Shown here: one piece after another, positions 61,001 through 62,174 of the stretch
Layout of the letters: every line of letters begins with the position of its first letter
Numbering within the stretch: position 1 is the first letter of the stretch
NCBI GenBank assembly: GCA_046076045.1
Contig: JBJTRI010000013.1
Coordinates: 1-62,174 of the forward strand
Source of the DNA: a bacterium
GTDB lineage: Bacteria > Eisenbacteria > RBG-16-71-46
Direction of reading: 5' to 3'
Length of the DNA: 62,174 nucleotides
Translations under genes and position numbers: made by a program
Notes under the pieces: generated by a model
Told to the model about the DNA's origin: nothing
What the model saw: only the letters and a program-made list of their open reading frames with translations
Databases searched by the model: none

Positions 61001-61562
61001 CGAAGTCGGTGCGGGCACCGAACCCTCCCTGTCCGGAGTTGAGCAGGACCGAGACCGAACCGGAGCTGCCATTCCCGACCGCGATGTCGAGGTCGCCGTC
61101 GCCGTCGAGGTCGCCGAGTGCGACCGCCCCGGGGAAGGTCCCGACCCCGTAATCGGTGCGAGGCCCGAACAATCCGGAGCCATCCCCCGGTAGCACCGAG
61201 GCCGATCCGGCATTGCTGTTCGCGGTGACGATGTCGAGATGACCGTCGGCGTTCACGTCCCCGATCGCGATCGCGAGCGGACCGGCACCGGTCGCGTACT
61301 CGACTCGCGCCGCGTACTTCGCGCCGCCGTCCGAGAGTAGGACGGAGATCACGTTCAGGCCCGTATTCGCGATCACCAGGTCGAGGCCGCCGTCAGCATC
61401 GAGGTCGGCCACCGCGACGGCGTTCGCCTGGATGCCGCCGGTGAACGGGATCCGGGCTCCGTAGGGAGTCGATTGAGCCTCGCCCCGCTCGGGAACCACG
61501 AGTGCGAACAGCACGAGCGCAAGCACGGACATCCGGGGAAAGGGCATTCGAACGGGGTTCAT
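58098..61562 (-). CDS. Giant secreted protein: 14 FG-GAP/VCBS repeats, an Ig-like domain, Fn3-like domains and a FlgD-Ig / T9SS-type C-terminal domain
   Basis: 1154 aa from the ATG at 61562 with a signal peptide. 14 repeats of about 50 aa of the type VALGDLNGDGRLDIVTAN...VSVLLG.G.G.FG..TDY..G..P (about 59388-61430). The remaining 429-aa tail carries the Ig-like, Fn3-like and C-terminal domains. Confidence 0.85.
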   Translation of the reverse strand: MNPVRMPFPRMSVLALVLFALVVPERGEAQSTPYGARIPFTGGIQANAVAVADLDADGGLDLVIANTGLNVISVLLSDGGAKYAARVEYATGAGPLAIAIGDVNADGHLDIVTANSNAGSASVLPGDGSGLFGPRTDYGVGTFPGAVALGDLDGDGDLDIAVGNGSSGSVSVLLNSGQGGFGARTDFATASAAYGVALGDLNNDGRLDMVVTLAAGEMSVMIGNGKGEFPTSTTYAVGSFPETVALGDLNGDRRLDIVVANSGTSTVSVFLGNASTGLGARTDYVCGSLPYSLALGDVTGDGRLDIVTANSSAIQLAVLPGTGSGTFTAAVPSPSLDTNPNSVALADLNDDGRLDFVVTLDVLANHNILLGAGADFGPATTFTVGGSPMGVVVADLNGDARLDLVTTNNSASTASVLLANTSGGYAPRVDYATGVAPRSVALADVNNDGRNDLITANSVSTVAGSASVLLGTTTGTFGLKTDFVTGAGSRGLAVGDVNNDGRRDIVTTNFNGNSVSVLLGTGTGGFGAKTDFATPASPWGVALGDLNGDGRLDIVTANHGGGTGTNVSILLGTGTGSFGAATNYLVGTAPMSVALADLNGDTRLDLVVANSVSNNVSVLFGTGTGSVGSAVNYATGSGPRTVVVADVNADGRFDVLTTNESDNTVSVLLGNGASGFNSLAPRVDLPTPQAPWGLAATDLNGDGRADAITTNTFDATAAVLMAKNPSRVSFTTNPTIPLPGTNYTLRAEVDTKFAASGTPTGTVRFYDRSSLIASVPVVGGIASFTTSNIPLAGHTLTATYTGDTRHTASSGSLTMPSSLAPRIVRIGDVPNDQGGRVTVQWYASPLDRTPGNPVYQYNIWRQVPGSFATSRLQQGEYRVGGIREAMLDRRVLRTTALGSQVFFWEFLATTVPRGFTGYSYLASTAADSTGGSNPRTAFMVEAMDYNLSGWSSEPDSGYSVDNLPPATPTPFAASYVAGATTLSWGRNREADLAGYRLYRGASAGFTPSEANRIAAPSDTTFADAGPAGSYYKLSAMDSHGNESPYALVTPGGTTDVDGTIAPERTFLDAPNPNPVRALASIAFGLPTAASVSLGVYDVNGRQVRMLVEGAREAGRHTVAWDLRDDAGRSVPGGMYFARLRTGDRTWTQRFAVVR

Positions 61563-61979
61563 CGAGGGCACCTCTCGGGGCTTGGGTGGGGGTGTTCCAT
61601 CGTCACGAGGGCCTTGCATGGACCGCCGCAGGATAGTCCATCGCCGACCTTGGAAGCAGTGCTTTCCGACCCGCATCGCCCCGGGTCGGTCCTCGGCCGC
61701 GCACGGGGGAGCGCCCGCCGGGCGTGGCATGCCGATGACCGTGTGGTCCAAGGTTCCGCATGTCGCGAGGATGCGAGAACGCGCTATCCTGTCGTCCCCG
61801 CGGTCCTGTCGAGAGGCGGGCGAGCACTGCAACGGGCGCTCAGCGCGTGGCCGCACGAGCGCCCATGTCGGCTATACTGCGCGCCGGTTGCGGCGGCCTG
61901 GGCCGTGCGACCCCATCCATGATGCGCGGTCGAACGCCGGATCGCGCATCCTCCTTCCCCATCCGCACATCCCCAGCCA

Positions 61980-62174
61980 TGGATCCCCAGCGACCCGAGT
62001 CGAGCCCGGCCGAGGGCTATCAGGACATCTGGCAGGACTCCCCGCTCGCCATCGTGCGTCTCGATGCGAGTGGGGCGATCGCCGCCATCAATCCGGCCGG
62101 GCGGCGGTTCCTCGGGGTCACGGGCGACGTCACGGGGCAGCCGTTGGTCGACCGCGCCGACCCCATGGACCGTG
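61980..62174 (+). CDS. 5' fragment of a PAS-domain sensor protein (runs off the window)
   Basis: The ATG at 61980 is open to the window end (65 codons). SPLAIVRLDASGAIAAINPAGRRFLGV..GQPL fits the start of a PAS fold. High GC3. Confidence 0.45.

Noticed and set aside
61629-61792. An 8-bp inverted repeat, CAGGATAG ... CTATCCTG, about 150 nt apart in the 417-bp gap upstream of the FG-GAP gene. A TATACT box lies at 61873.
   Set aside because: This is a single 8-mer match with no supporting structure. TATACT has no acceptable -35 at 16-18 nt. There is not enough evidence to call an ncRNA or a promoter.

Overview
Very GC-rich bacterial chromosomal segment (by eye above 70% GC, not computed). It is densely packed with about 52 protein-coding genes on both strands. 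I found no rRNA, tRNA, CRISPR array, integrase or prophage. Most long ORFs in the six-frame track are Arg/Ala/Pro-rich antisense or off-frame artefacts of the GC content. I picked real frames by recognisable protein families, third-codon-position GC, Shine-Dalgarno motifs and start/stop coupling. The track writes GTG/TTG starts as M, so many listed ORFs have spurious N-terminal extensions that I trimmed.

Content is mainly housekeeping and catabolic:
- TCA control: aceK-icd.
- Glycerol: glpK-glpD.
- Proline and lysine catabolism: proline dehydrogenase, pruA, lrp-lat.
- Other core genes: fabI, mscL, thrH, ligA, polX, a family-5-like uracil-DNA glycosylase.
- Transporters: DAACS, MFS, APC, EamA.
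- A polysaccharide-type operon: GT4 glycosyltransferase, AsnB-type amidotransferase, a beta-propeller lipoprotein and an all-alpha protein.

The features I would look at first:
1. An EVE-domain gene, ligA and polX fused into one translationally coupled operon. The PolX ends in a 5 x 33-bp tandem repeat encoding a Lys/Pro/Ala-rich basic tail.
2. A cobalamin riboswitch driving a TonB-dependent receptor plus a secreted beta-propeller protein, possibly a BtuG/YncE-like accessory.
3. A Memo-family protein with an N-terminal PqqD/RRE-like module.
4. A CesT/YbjN-like chaperone with a poly-Asp/Glu tail, coupled by an ATGA overlap to a lipase-like hydrolase.
5. A MITE-like inverted repeat. Its arm also occurs right after a transposase-like gene fragment at the window start.
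6. Three secreted proteins sharing one FlgD-Ig/T9SS-type C-terminal domain, including a 1154-aa protein with 14 FG-GAP repeats.

I cannot establish novelty from the sequence alone. Every functional call is family-level recognition by eye and needs a database search.
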